DNA of 44,244 nucleotides from Bdellovibrionota bacterium (GTDB taxonomy: Bacteria; Bdellovibrionota; UBA1018; UBA923): NCBI GenBank assembly GCA_040754655.1, contig JBFMCE010000019.1:1-44244 (forward strand), in the 5' to 3' direction. A model generated the notes under the pieces. It was given only the letters and a program-made list of their open reading frames with translations, was not told the origin of the DNA and did no database searches. Shown here piece after piece: positions 18,326 to 28,171 of the stretch (its first letter is position 1; the number at the start of each line of letters is the position of its first letter). A program made the translations under genes and the position numbers.

Positions 18326-19678
18326 TCAATTGTTCCAAATCGCGGATTTTGGAAGTTCTTTTAGAAGATAGCTTTGAGCCCTGACCCGCTGGTCTTCGGC
18401 AAAAGATTGCACCTTTGAAAAGTCGGTGCCCTTTCCAAAGGGCATCAGAGCACGTATCTGTCCCCCTTCGATCAAGGCGATGGCCTTTTTCCAGTCAGCG
18501 TTCGGCGTTATGGAAAAACCTCTTTGGCTTTCAAGGCGAGCCTGCAGCTCCTTGTCGAAGTGCGTTTTTATCAGCCCATTTTTCCCGCTCTTTAAACCGC
18601 GAGGCGTAAAGCCCGCTCGAGCAAGAATGACCCCGACTGAGTTTTTGCTGCCTTGATCCCATCGCGCGGGATAAACCCTGCCTGCCCAAGTGTTTTGAGG
18701 TTTTCTTCCGATCCATTGCGAGAGAAAGGTCTCAAATCTCAGCAACGCTTCTTGCGCTTCGGCGCGCGTGAGTTTTTTCTCAAGATGCAGTCTCACCGAA
18801 AGTTGCTTTGCTCGCTTTAAAAGCGACTTCACCGCTCGTGGGTTTACCCACGGGTTGAGTTCTTTGGGATTGGGAATCATGAGCACCAAAAGCCATGCTT
18901 CTTCTTCGATCAAACTTGAAGCAGGGTGGTCGAAATAAAGCCTGCTGGCCGCTTCAACCCCGTAGATGCCGGGCCCCCATTCGATCGTATTGAGATAGAG
19001 CTCAAGGATTTGCTCTTTTGAGAGTTCCTTTTCAAGGCGAAAGGCCAGCGGAATCTCATTGGCCTTGCGAATGAAGCTTTTTTCTTTGGTAAGAAACAGG
19101 TTCTTCACCAGTTGCTGGGTGATCGTGCTGCCACCGCGCGCAAGTTTTTTCTTTGCGAGGTCTTCCTCAAGCGAATTCATGATTTCATCGAAATCAAGGC
19201 CCTGGTGCTCGTAAAATTTCGCATCTTCCAGGAACACCGTGAGCGAACGCACCGAGGGACTGATCGCGGTGAGCGGTCGCCACAAGCGCACGCCTTTAAA
19301 GGGGCAGAGATAATCCAGGCTGTTTGAATTGCGATCCAGCAGTTCCCAGCAGACCGAAGGGCGAAGAGCCGCCAGGTCAAGCGCACCCGATTTGAACCAG
19401 TACACATAAGCAAGCCAAGTCGCCGTCGCTGCGAGCAAGAAGAATACGCCCACGATCCACCAGCCGGCGATCAAGAGCGAGCCCCTGAAAATCTGCAGGC
19501 TTGATCGAAAAGTGGTCGAGAAGATGCGGGCAACCGAGCGAAGAATCTCATACGCCCCATGCCCGAACATAAATACGATGACGAAACCTAAAGCGCCCAA
19601 AAGCGCGATGACGATTAAACCAACAAGGTTGGTTGGGTTCAACGAATCGGCTCCCAACTTACGGCCATGGCATCCCAA
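18326..19678 (-). CDS. monofunctional peptidoglycan transglycosylase (GT51, MtgA-like)
   Basis: EDAKFYEHQG, GGSTITQQLVKNLFL and KEQILELYLN motifs; no transpeptidase domain. Start uncertain. Confidence 0.85.
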   Translation of the reverse strand: MGCHGRKLGADSLNPTNLVGLIVIALLGALGFVIVFMFGHGAYEILRSVARIFSTTFRSSLQIFRGSLLIAGWWIVGVFFLLAATATWLAYVYWFKSGALDLAALRPSVCWELLDRNSNSLDYLCPFKGVRLWRPLTAISPSVRSLTVFLEDAKFYEHQGLDFDEIMNSLEEDLAKKKLARGGSTITQQLVKNLFLTKEKSFIRKANEIPLAFRLEKELSKEQILELYLNTIEWGPGIYGVEAASRLYFDHPASSLIEEEAWLLVLMIPNPKELNPWVNPRAVKSLLKRAKQLSVRLHLEKKLTRAEAQEALLRFETFLSQWIGRKPQNTWAGRVYPARWDQGSKNSVGVILARAGFTPRGLKSGKNGLIKTHFDKELQARLESQRGFSITPNADWKKAIALIEGGQIRALMPFGKGTDFSKVQSFAEDQRVRAQSYLLKELPKSAIWNN

Positions 19679-21348
19679 CGAGGTTCAGCAGCAGCTTCCC
19701 ATTTGTTTTTTGAACTTCTGCGCATCACTGCCTGAGCGACCCCGCCCACCTGGCCCATGACTACATTGTAACCTGCGTCTTTGAGCTGTTGTAGTGTAGA
19801 AGTAGGAAATCCTTTCTCTATATAGAGTTTGTCGTCATTGATGCTGTAGTGAAACCGCGGAAAGGCGATGGCCTCCCTGGCGGTCATGCGGTGCAAGTAG
19901 TAGTTCTCGAGCAGCTCGACAATAACGGTGGGAATCCGGGGGCCGCCCGCGCATCCCAGCGCGGCGACGGGTTTTTGGTTTTCGAACAAGAGGGTTGGGC
20001 TCATATTGCTTCGCGGGCGTTTCCCGGGAGCGGCGGAATTGGGGTGTCCGGGCTCGGCGTTGAAGTCAGAGAGTTCGTTGTTCAAAAGAAAACCATGGCC
20101 CGTAACGGCCAACCCCGAACCGAACCATGCTTCAATCGTTGTAGTATAGGCCACTGCGTGCCCTGAATCATCGACGATGCTCAGGTGCGCCGTGTGCCCA
20201 TTTTCTGTGAAGCTTCCTTGGCTGACCGTCGAGCCCGCATCTAAATTTCTCAGGGTGACGGCTGTTTCGATTTGATCGAGCCTTTTGCGCACGTTCCGAT
20301 GGATTTCAGCCCAAGCTTTTTTCTCTTCGGGCGAGTTCAAGAACTTTTGGGGATCAAGCCGGTTCGTCGTGGGATCCGCGATGTTCTCATTCCTGACTTT
20401 CTGAAAATAGCGCATAGCTTCAGCTGTTACGGCCACTCGAGAAGCGGAATCTGGCGAAGGAAGTTCTCGGCCGCGATAATGTTGCTCAAGATAGCGCAAG
20501 ACGGCCGCGACCATGATGCCCGAGGCGCTTGGGGGTGGTGCGGTATAACCGGTCAAGCCAAAGACTTTGAACTCGATAGGTTTGCGTTTTTGAACTTTAT
20601 AAGCCTTTAAATCATCTAAGTTGATCTTCACTCCAAGCTGTTGCGCTTCGTTCGTCCAGCTTTTCGCAAGATTGCCCTGATAGAAGTCTTTCGCACCCTT
20701 CTGTTGGATTTGTTCCAGCGTGTTTGCCAGGAGAGGTTGTCTCAAAACTCTGCCAGCCTTCAAGTAGCTGCCTTCGCGATCGCCAAAAATCGCCGACGTC
20801 GTCGGGAACAAAGAAAGCCTTTCCCATTCCTCTTTAAGCGCTTCTTCGAAGTTTTCGCTTATCGGGATCCCATTTTTTGCGATCCGAATCGCGGGCTCAA
20901 GAAGGGTTTTCCAAGCAAGCTTGCCAAGCTTTTGGTGGGCTTCGTGCAGGCCCAAGACCGTTCCTGGTATTCCGACCGGGTTGGGCCCTGTGATGCGTTC
21001 GGGCTCATAGGGGATGGGTTCTCCCTTCTCATCAAGAAACATTTTTTCGTGAGCCGACGATGGCGCCGTTTCGCGGTGGTCCCAGAAAAAAACCTTTCCG
21101 TCTTTTGAAGCAAGATAAAATCCACCCCCGCCAATGCCCATGCTGTGAGGTTGCGAGACGTTTAGGGCAAAACTCGCGGCAACCATGGCGTCCGTAGCAT
21201 TTCCTCCTTTTCGCAAGACTTCTATCGCCGCCTCAGTCGACCAAGGGCTCGGGGTCGCGACCGAAAAACCAAGGGCCAGTTGGGGCATGAACAGAATAAA
21301 ATAGAAAAAGTTTAATAAGGCGTTCGATGAAAGCTTAAGCGTAGCCAT
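19639..21348 (-). CDS. ggt: gamma-glutamyltransferase
   Basis: GGNATDA, GIGGGGF, DHRETAP, HTAHLS nucleophile Thr, LNNELSDF and PGKRPRSNMSP motifs. Confidence 0.93.
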   Translation of the reverse strand: MATLKLSSNALLNFFYFILFMPQLALGFSVATPSPWSTEAAIEVLRKGGNATDAMVAASFALNVSQPHSMGIGGGGFYLASKDGKVFFWDHRETAPSSAHEKMFLDEKGEPIPYEPERITGPNPVGIPGTVLGLHEAHQKLGKLAWKTLLEPAIRIAKNGIPISENFEEALKEEWERLSLFPTTSAIFGDREGSYLKAGRVLRQPLLANTLEQIQQKGAKDFYQGNLAKSWTNEAQQLGVKINLDDLKAYKVQKRKPIEFKVFGLTGYTAPPPSASGIMVAAVLRYLEQHYRGRELPSPDSASRVAVTAEAMRYFQKVRNENIADPTTNRLDPQKFLNSPEEKKAWAEIHRNVRKRLDQIETAVTLRNLDAGSTVSQGSFTENGHTAHLSIVDDSGHAVAYTTTIEAWFGSGLAVTGHGFLLNNELSDFNAEPGHPNSAAPGKRPRSNMSPTLLFENQKPVAALGCAGGPRIPTVIVELLENYYLHRMTAREAIAFPRFHYSINDDKLYIEKGFPTSTLQQLKDAGYNVVMGQVGGVAQAVMRRSSKNKWEAAAEPRWDAMAVSWEPIR

Positions 21349-21482
21349 GGCTTGATGCTCCTTATAGAGGAATGGGGACTAAAAAAGCGCCCACCTTACT
21401 AGGAAGATTAATAAATTCAACAGGTTAAATGCCATGTAAATTGACAATTTTGATTAGTCTTTTGGGATATAATGAAAGGTGA

Positions 21483-23087
21483 GTGGGGACTATTTCAAGG
21501 CTTCGAATCTTATGCCGTTTTATGGGGGTGATTTCCTGCGTTTGGTTCGCGTGGACTGCGCATCCCGTGCCCGCGCGCGCCCAAGAGGATTTGATCCAGT
21601 CGTGCAATCAACCCGGTCAATCGCCGCATCTTCTTCCATCCTGCTCGAATGCATGGCCGGATCCGAAGGACTATCAAAAAAAATCTGACCGCACTCTAAA
21701 GCAAATTCGAAGCGCGAACTGCCGCAATCTCAAGGTGATTGAAGTGAAGCCGCATCTAAAGCTCGCCAAGATTGCTTGTGATTATTCTGACTGCGCGCTG
21801 GCTGAGAACGCAAAGAGTTCCTGTGAAGCCACGAGCAGCTTCATTGGGTGGGTCAATCTTCATGCTTTGAGTTGCGCGCCGAAAAACGTTCTGGGATACG
21901 AGATTCCCTTTCAACCTGCGAAGCCTGAATGTCAGGCTACCGACGGTTATCCGTTCGAGACACATGACTTGAAAGATTCCATGGAAGCCTCTGACGCTTT
22001 GAAGGAAGAGATCTTGGGCAGGGCCCTGCAAATCTCAAATAAGGCGTCTGAGCGGGCGCACGCGGATCTTGAAGTCTTGACCGTGCCTTTCGAGCGGCTC
22101 ACACACGAAGAGCGTTATGCGGCATTAAGGCGGGCGCACGAGAGCATAAGTTCGTTTCACAGCAGGGCCTCTTCCTTGTTCGGGGAAAATTGCGACCGCA
22201 AGTTGAGCGAGAAAGATCCGGCGGGCGAGGCGGTTTCTGAGCTCGATTTGGTACAAGGAGCTCGTACTTGCGTCTTGGTGAAATCGACCCAGAAGTTCAT
22301 CGCGGGCTTGCTCAGCGAAGCAATAGACTCCACGCCGTCTCAAACAAGAAGAATTGAGATTGGAGCCGCGCTTGAACGAATCATTGCACAAGCTTCTCAG
22401 TCTCGATCGAACGCTGACTATGACCAACTCGAGGTGAAAATGGCCTTGCTATACGGGCTAGAACCTTCAAAGCGCGCGGAAGTGATCGAAAAATTGCATT
22501 TTCGGCGTACGGCGACTGCGATCACAAGTCTTGAGCGCCATTATTCCGGAAAGATTCTTTCCGATTTTGAAGAGCTTCACAACGGGTATGTTTACGGAGG
22601 CAGCCGCTTAGGTCGCGCGAGCGGCAAGGGCCTCGATTGTTCAACCTTCTTAGCTGAGCTATTGCGCGGCAAGGTGAAGGCCCTGGAGCGTCCGCTTACG
22701 AGCAAGGACTTTGTGGAGTTGGCTGCCTACCTTCAATCCAATCGAACCGGAAAATTGCGCGAACCGTGGAGCGAGGTCTTGTCTTGCTTCCAATACATCG
22801 ATCTTTCTCAAGGCCAGCTGCCAGGGCCTGCCGACGTCGTGGTTACGCATGATGGCAAAGAAGGGCACGTTCGTTTGGTGAAATCGTATGATGCGGTTTC
22901 TGGGGTGCTTTCAACCATCGAAGCCGCGGGAGGAAGATTCAATACGATAGGATTCCGAAAAGTTCCTCTGTTCGAATCGGGTTGCGGCCCTGATGAGAGT
23001 CCTTATTCGGGTCGCGCTCCTTTGCGCGCCGATATGCATGTTTTGCGCATCGTAGAGGCTCCTGGATGCCCGATTCGGCTGAAGTAA
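21483..23087 (+). CDS. secreted Cys-rich protein with a C-terminal NlpC/P60-like domain
   Basis: Signal peptide, YVYGG...GLDCS, PADVVV and GHV motifs. Confidence 0.65.
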   Translation: MGTISRLRILCRFMGVISCVWFAWTAHPVPARAQEDLIQSCNQPGQSPHLLPSCSNAWPDPKDYQKKSDRTLKQIRSANCRNLKVIEVKPHLKLAKIACDYSDCALAENAKSSCEATSSFIGWVNLHALSCAPKNVLGYEIPFQPAKPECQATDGYPFETHDLKDSMEASDALKEEILGRALQISNKASERAHADLEVLTVPFERLTHEERYAALRRAHESISSFHSRASSLFGENCDRKLSEKDPAGEAVSELDLVQGARTCVLVKSTQKFIAGLLSEAIDSTPSQTRRIEIGAALERIIAQASQSRSNADYDQLEVKMALLYGLEPSKRAEVIEKLHFRRTATAITSLERHYSGKILSDFEELHNGYVYGGSRLGRASGKGLDCSTFLAELLRGKVKALERPLTSKDFVELAAYLQSNRTGKLREPWSEVLSCFQYIDLSQGQLPGPADVVVTHDGKEGHVRLVKSYDAVSGVLSTIEAAGGRFNTIGFRKVPLFESGCGPDESPYSGRAPLRADMHVLRIVEAPGCPIRLK

Positions 23088-23136
23088 CGTTGATGCAAAC
23101 ATAGAGAAATGCGAATCCTTGTGCTAAAGTCGCGCC

Positions 23137-23580
23137 ATGCCAAATCAGGGCGGTACGCCTCAATTTATTCACGGGCTTTCACATCAAGCGATGAATGTTC
23201 AGGACCTTGAGCGTTCGAAGCGATTCTACGTAGACATTCTCGGAATGGGCATGCTCTATCAAGATGCGATGCATGTTTTTTTGAAAGTGGGCGCAGGAGA
23301 GAACTTCGGCATTTTAGCTCTGCTTGCCGCGCCAAAGTCGGGCCCGAAGCCGATTGATCCCAGTGAGCGCCAGGGCAGTGCATACAATCATTTCGGATTT
23401 CGCGCTCGAACCCCAGAGGAAGTGTTCGCCTTTTCAGAATACATCAAATCTAAAGGAGTGATGATCATCAAGGGGCCGTATTCGCGCAAAGACGGGGCAT
23501 CGGTGTATTTTCTTGATCCTGATGGCTATACCCTCGAATACCTTTACCTCATTGAAGATCCCAAAGCGTATGAATCTTAA
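23137..23580 (+). CDS. VOC/glyoxalase family protein
   Basis: LSHQAMNVQDLERSKRFY, NHFGF and YFLDPDGYTLE motifs. Confidence 0.88.
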   Translation: MPNQGGTPQFIHGLSHQAMNVQDLERSKRFYVDILGMGMLYQDAMHVFLKVGAGENFGILALLAAPKSGPKPIDPSERQGSAYNHFGFRARTPEEVFAFSEYIKSKGVMIIKGPYSRKDGASVYFLDPDGYTLEYLYLIEDPKAYES

Positions 23581-24253
23581 GCCACTCGAGCTTGGCCGGT
23601 CCGTCCAAGGCAAACCGCTCAATGCATTTTATTTTGAAGGTCGTCGTTTCTCGGGCCGCCCCCTGGTATTGCTAGGAGGCGTGCATGGAGACGAGATTGA
23701 GGGCGTATGGCTGATGGAAGAGCTTCTCAGCACCTGGTCTTCGACCCCTCCGTCGCTCGAGATGGATGTGTTGATCTGGCCACGGGTGAATCCTGACGGG
23801 GTTGAGGCTGGTGCTCGGTGGAATGCGAGAAACGTCGATTTGAATCGCAATCTTCCTACCAAAGATTGGACGCCAGAAATGAAAAACCCGCGCTATCCGC
23901 CAGGACCTCACGCCGCCAGTGAGCCTGAGAACAAGGCTCTGGTGAGTCTGATCGAGAGACACCAACCGCGAGCCATTTTGTCAGCCCATTCCTTCAGCAA
24001 GTACCAGGTGAACTCAAACGGGCCGGCCAGGGAGTGGGCCGAAGCTCTTGCTCGGGTTTCAGGATATCCGGTTACTGAGGATATCGGATATCCCACGCCG
24101 GGCGCGCTCGGGACCTACGCGGGTAAAGAGAAGCTGATCCCGACTATTACCCTAGAGATCGAGAGGGGCTTGGATCGTGAGCGTGTGCTTGAGCTGCACG
24201 TGCCGGTGGTGGAAGCGGCGATTGCATATTGGGAAAACAAGGAGATGAATTAA
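23570..24253 (+). CDS. M14 zinc carboxypeptidase, murein peptide amidase A (MpaA)-like
   Basis: GRSVQG, GGVHGDE, NPDG, NARNVDLNRN, SEPE, GYPTPG and ITLE motifs. Confidence 0.85.
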   Translation: MNLKPLELGRSVQGKPLNAFYFEGRRFSGRPLVLLGGVHGDEIEGVWLMEELLSTWSSTPPSLEMDVLIWPRVNPDGVEAGARWNARNVDLNRNLPTKDWTPEMKNPRYPPGPHAASEPENKALVSLIERHQPRAILSAHSFSKYQVNSNGPAREWAEALARVSGYPVTEDIGYPTPGALGTYAGKEKLIPTITLEIERGLDRERVLELHVPVVEAAIAYWENKEMN

Positions 24254-24254
24254 G

Positions 24255-25097
24255 ATGAAGTTTCAACGGCCCTCGGTATCGCTAGATCTCCTCGAAAAAT
24301 TTTTTGAAAACCTTGATCCCTCCGGCACAAAGACTGCCCGCGATAAAACTCAGGTAAGGAAGTTTTCCGCTGCTCTTCTTTGGTATCTTGATCGTGGCGC
24401 CGTCCGCGTCTGGGATCCCAAGCAGGAACGCGTCAACACTTGGGTGAAGAAAGCCATCCTTTCTTGCTTTCAGACCGCGAAGAGCGGGCCGATGGGCGCC
24501 GGGTGTTTTGAGTATGAAGACAAGTTCCCGGTCAAACGCAGGCAGGCCATGAAAGGCGTGCGAGTGGTTCCTGGGGCGGTGGTTCGATTCGGATCCTATT
24601 TGGAATCTGGCGTGATCGTCATGCCGGGGTTTGTAAACGTAGGTGCTTATGTGGGCACGGGAACCATGGTCGATACTTGGGCGACGGTGGGGTCGTGCGC
24701 GCAAATCGGAGCGAATGTGCATCTTTCGGGGGGGGTAGGCATCGGAGGCGTTTTAGAGCCCGTGCAGGCGCAACCGGTGATCATCGAAGACGGTGCTTTC
24801 ATTGGATCTAGGGTGATTGTTGTTGAAGGTGTACGCGTAGGACGTGAGGCGGTACTTGGGGCTGGAGTCGTTCTTACCGCAAGCACGAAAATCGTAGATG
24901 TCCGCGGAAGTTCTCCTGAAATCCTCATGGGCAGGATACCTGAGAGGGCGGTGGTCATCCCAGGCACGCTCCCTAAGAAATTTCCGGCAGGTGAGTTTGG
25001 AACAGCTTGCGCGCTCATTATTGCTTCGCGCACAGCATCAACCGATCTTAAAACTTCATTAAATGCGGTATTGCGCGACCATAATGTAGCGATTTGA
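24255..25097 (+). CDS. dapD: tetrahydrodipicolinate N-succinyltransferase
   Basis: WVKKAIL, FVNVGAYVGTGTMVDTWATVGSCAQIG and GGVLEP motifs. Confidence 0.95.
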   Translation: MKFQRPSVSLDLLEKFFENLDPSGTKTARDKTQVRKFSAALLWYLDRGAVRVWDPKQERVNTWVKKAILSCFQTAKSGPMGAGCFEYEDKFPVKRRQAMKGVRVVPGAVVRFGSYLESGVIVMPGFVNVGAYVGTGTMVDTWATVGSCAQIGANVHLSGGVGIGGVLEPVQAQPVIIEDGAFIGSRVIVVEGVRVGREAVLGAGVVLTASTKIVDVRGSSPEILMGRIPERAVVIPGTLPKKFPAGEFGTACALIIASRTASTDLKTSLNAVLRDHNVAI

Positions 25098-25127
25098 TAC
25101 AAGAGATGTATACTGGTTCATAGTCAA

Positions 25128-25502
25128 ATGGACAATATACGCATCCTCTTGGTCGAAGATGAACCTGAAGTTCTTGATGCCCTAGCCACTTCCCTAGAAA
25201 GGAAAGGCTTTAATGTACTGCGTGCAGTTGATGGAGAAGATGCGCTGACCGGCGATAAAATAAGCCAGGCCAATCTGGTGATCTCAGACATCCGCATGCC
25301 TCGGGTCGGAGGAGCAGAGCTTTACAATCGCGCGCGACAGCTTCGGCCCGAACTTCCATTCATATTCATTTCCGGCCACACCATCGAGCTTAATAGGATT
25401 TCGAACCAGCTCACAGAGCCATTGCCTATACTTTTGCAGAAACCCTTTTCAATCGAACAACTCCTGCAAGCAGTCGAACAGCAGTTGAAGACCTCCGAGT
25501 GA
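25128..25502 (+). CDS. single-domain response regulator
   Basis: LLVEDE, ISDIRMP, ISG and QKPF motifs. Confidence 0.9.
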   Translation: MDNIRILLVEDEPEVLDALATSLERKGFNVLRAVDGEDALTGDKISQANLVISDIRMPRVGGAELYNRARQLRPELPFIFISGHTIELNRISNQLTEPLPILLQKPFSIEQLLQAVEQQLKTSE

Positions 25503-25519
25503 ACGCGTGTTTTCTTCTT

Positions 25520-25535
25520 TGGCACGACGCTTGAA
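25520..25535 (+). promoter_or_regulatory. possible sigma-54 promoter
   Basis: TGGCACG-acgc-TTGA: perfect -24 element, but the -12 reads GA instead of GC. Confidence 0.35.
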
Positions 25536-25549
25536 GTTGGCTAAAGCGT

Positions 25550-26353
25550 ATGGACGCGAAAAGCGGGCGGGCGAAAACCGTCAGCATCAACCGAAAAGTT
25601 TTAGCTTCATATTATCGTCGTATTTTGCCGCTCGCGCAGTTGTACTTTGAGAATCGACCCGTCGTTTTCTTGCGGGCCTTGACGCTAGACGCGTCTGATT
25701 GCGTCGTAGATGTGAACGCTTCGTTGAGTGAGTTGATGCGCTCTGATGAATCTGACGTGGTTGAAATTCAAGCAATGAACTTTCTTTGGGACAAACCGCA
25801 TTACCCGGATTGGATGGTTTTGAATTTCATGGCCGCCGATCGCGAGGACTCAGGCAAGCTGATCGATGTCGCAACGGTTGCTCAAGATTTGCTGGATGAA
25901 CTCAAACTTGGCGCAGTGTGGAAAGTTGTTTCGGGGCGAAGGGGGCTAGACCTCATGGTGCCCATCGAGCGCAACTATGAAACGGTCGTCGTGTTTGATT
26001 TTTCAAAAATGCTCGCCGAGATGATTTATGAAAGAGCCCCGACTCTTTCCATTCTAAAAAAACCACTAGAACTGCAGTCTGAACGCGTTCTCATTGATTA
26101 CCACAACAATCATCTGCACCAACCCTGTCTCTCTCCTTTCTCTCCTCAAGTCTCTGCGCAGCTGCAATTGTCTTTGCCTGTTTCATACGAGGCGCTCGAA
26201 CATAAAAGACGTTTGCCTGTTTTCTCTTTTGATGACGTAACGGACGAGCAGTTAAATCACAGCAAAAATCTTTTAGAAACCGCGCTCGAAACTCGCAATG
26301 ACTTGGAGCCGGCATTCATCGCGATCGAAGCGATGGTGAGTCAAGCCTTGTGA
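25550..26353 (+). CDS. LigD polymerase-domain (AEP)-like protein, degenerate
   Basis: LASYYRRILP...ENRPVVFLR, PDWMVLNF, SGRRGLDLMVPI, VLIDYHNN and SPFS align with LigD Pol motifs. Confidence 0.65.
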   Translation: MDAKSGRAKTVSINRKVLASYYRRILPLAQLYFENRPVVFLRALTLDASDCVVDVNASLSELMRSDESDVVEIQAMNFLWDKPHYPDWMVLNFMAADREDSGKLIDVATVAQDLLDELKLGAVWKVVSGRRGLDLMVPIERNYETVVVFDFSKMLAEMIYERAPTLSILKKPLELQSERVLIDYHNNHLHQPCLSPFSPQVSAQLQLSLPVSYEALEHKRRLPVFSFDDVTDEQLNHSKNLLETALETRNDLEPAFIAIEAMVSQAL

Positions 26354-26464
26354 CAATTCTGTGACGCAGAGTTTTATTGGCGCAACGTGTTGTTTAAAAA
26401 TCCTCTAGTTAAATTGACATTCGTCGGTGCTTTGTGTGACAAAGATGCACAAGTTTAAAGCAAA

Positions 26465-27157
26465 ATGAAAAGCTTCAAAGACGAGTTCTTAAGCTTAGCG
26501 GCACACGAAATTAGGACACCGATCACTGTGATCAAAGCACAAGCACAGCTTGCTGCTCGCGTTTATTCTCAAGGGAAACTCGACGAGCAAACGCTTGAAC
26601 GCAGTCTGAAGCTTTTCATTCAGCAGTCTGATCGTCTTGAAAAATTGTGTTCTGATTTGCTGGATATCGCCAGGCTTGATTTGGGGCAGTTCGTAATCAG
26701 TCCTTCCGTTTTTGATTTGGGAGGCGTTGTCTCGGCCACCATTGAGCAAATGAAGAGCAAGTCGTCTGGGCATGAAGTTTTTTTCAAGGCCAATGACGGG
26801 CTCGTTGTATACGCGGATCGGGAGCGTACTGGGCAGGTCGTGCAAAATCTTTTGCAAAACTCGATTCGGTTTAGCCCGCGGGGCGGAAGGATTGAAGTCA
26901 ACGCGATCGGATCTCGAGGAAAGTTTGCGAAGGTTTCAATCAAGGATGAGGGGTTGGGGATTGCGCCTGACAATCTCTCAAAGGTTTTTCATCGTTATTA
27001 CCGTGCGGACACGGCGGCAGCCGGCGCGTACGGGTTAGGATTGGGGCTGCATTTGAGCCGTGAGATCGTACACCGCATGGGCGGTAAGATCCGCGCTCGG
27101 AGCGAAGGACTTGGTCGGGGGGCTGAGTTCTATTTTACACTGCCGTTGCATCGGTAG
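26465..27157 (+). CDS. histidine kinase core (HisKA + HATPase), no sensor domain
   Basis: AHEIRTP, QNLLQNSIRF, DEGLGI, GLGLGL and GAEFYF motifs. Confidence 0.9.
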   Translation: MKSFKDEFLSLAAHEIRTPITVIKAQAQLAARVYSQGKLDEQTLERSLKLFIQQSDRLEKLCSDLLDIARLDLGQFVISPSVFDLGGVVSATIEQMKSKSSGHEVFFKANDGLVVYADRERTGQVVQNLLQNSIRFSPRGGRIEVNAIGSRGKFAKVSIKDEGLGIAPDNLSKVFHRYYRADTAAAGAYGLGLGLHLSREIVHRMGGKIRARSEGLGRGAEFYFTLPLHR

Positions 27158-27179
27158 GTGTTGGGGAGGGAGTTGAGGG

Positions 27180-27611
27180 ATGAGCAAGCAAGTTCTTTTG
27201 GTCGAAGACGACGCTGCGATTATGGAAACACTTTCAATGTTCTTGAACTACGAAGGCTATGAGGTTTTACGAGCGCGAAGCGTGGCGCAAGCCATTGAAG
27301 TGCTGCGCATTCAATCGCCTGACGTGGTCTTATTAGACTATATGCTTCAAGATGGAACGGCCGAGCCTGTTGTGGTTGAGCTTCGTACGCTTTATGAAGA
27401 TCGTGTTAAAGTCATTTTACTGACCGCGGCCGATGACCCTTCCGGCAAGGGGCGAACGGTAGGAGCAGACGCTGTCGTAGCAAAGCCCTTTGAACTAGAT
27501 GGTCTATTGGCGACGCTTCGGAGTTGTTTAGACTGGGGAAAGCAGCCTTGGAGGTTGAATCAGATCTCCACTAAACCTGAAAGTGTTACAAACACAGTAT
27601 TTTTGAGCTAA
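27180..27611 (+). CDS. response regulator receiver protein
   Basis: LLVEDD, LLDYML, LTA and AKPF motifs; GAGG SD upstream. Confidence 0.9.
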   Translation: MSKQVLLVEDDAAIMETLSMFLNYEGYEVLRARSVAQAIEVLRIQSPDVVLLDYMLQDGTAEPVVVELRTLYEDRVKVILLTAADDPSGKGRTVGADAVVAKPFELDGLLATLRSCLDWGKQPWRLNQISTKPESVTNTVFLS

Positions 27612-27715
27612 AAACTACGAAAAAAGCCCCTTGGTAGATTGCGTGTTCTAAGAAAAATTGTTATAACACGTTGCGATAAAAGTTCTTTTGAAAGTTTAGA
27701 GCAATCAACCAGGGG

Positions 27716-28120
27716 GTGGTAATGGTATCAAAGAAACCTGTAAATGGCTCGTTAACCTTAAAGAAAGATCAACGTTTTGTGATTTATCATAATCCTCGTT
27801 GTTCGAAGAGTCGCGAGGCCCTTGATCGGTTACGCAAAGCCGGAGTTGAACCTAAAATCATTGAATACCTCAAAAGCCCAATCTCACCGCCTGATCTCGA
27901 CCGATTGCTTAAGCAAATGAACCTCAAACCAGATGAAATCGTAAGAAAAAGTGAAGAGCGTTTTATTGATTTGGAACTTGATAAAAGTCCTCCTCGAACT
28001 CGCTCGGCCTGGGTGAAACTGCTTGCCGATAACCCGGTGTTGATTGAGCGTCCCATCATCACCAATGGCACAAAAGCGGTGCTGGGGCGCCCAGTGGAAA
28101 ACGTGGATAAACTTTTTTAG
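27716..28120 (+). CDS. arsC: arsenate reductase (ArsC, glutaredoxin-type) family
   Basis: IYHNPRCSKSR, LIERPI and GRP motifs. Confidence 0.88.
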   Translation: MVMVSKKPVNGSLTLKKDQRFVIYHNPRCSKSREALDRLRKAGVEPKIIEYLKSPISPPDLDRLLKQMNLKPDEIVRKSEERFIDLELDKSPPRTRSAWVKLLADNPVLIERPIITNGTKAVLGRPVENVDKLF

Positions 28121-28171
28121 TTTCGCGCTCTGACTTGCAGCGAAGCCTGTATAAAATATTTTGACGCGTTT

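Noticed and set aside
21441..21473. Consensus TTGACA/TATAAT promoter for the NlpC/P60-like gene
   Set aside because: The spacer is 21 nt. The -10 may be real, but the pair is not canonical.
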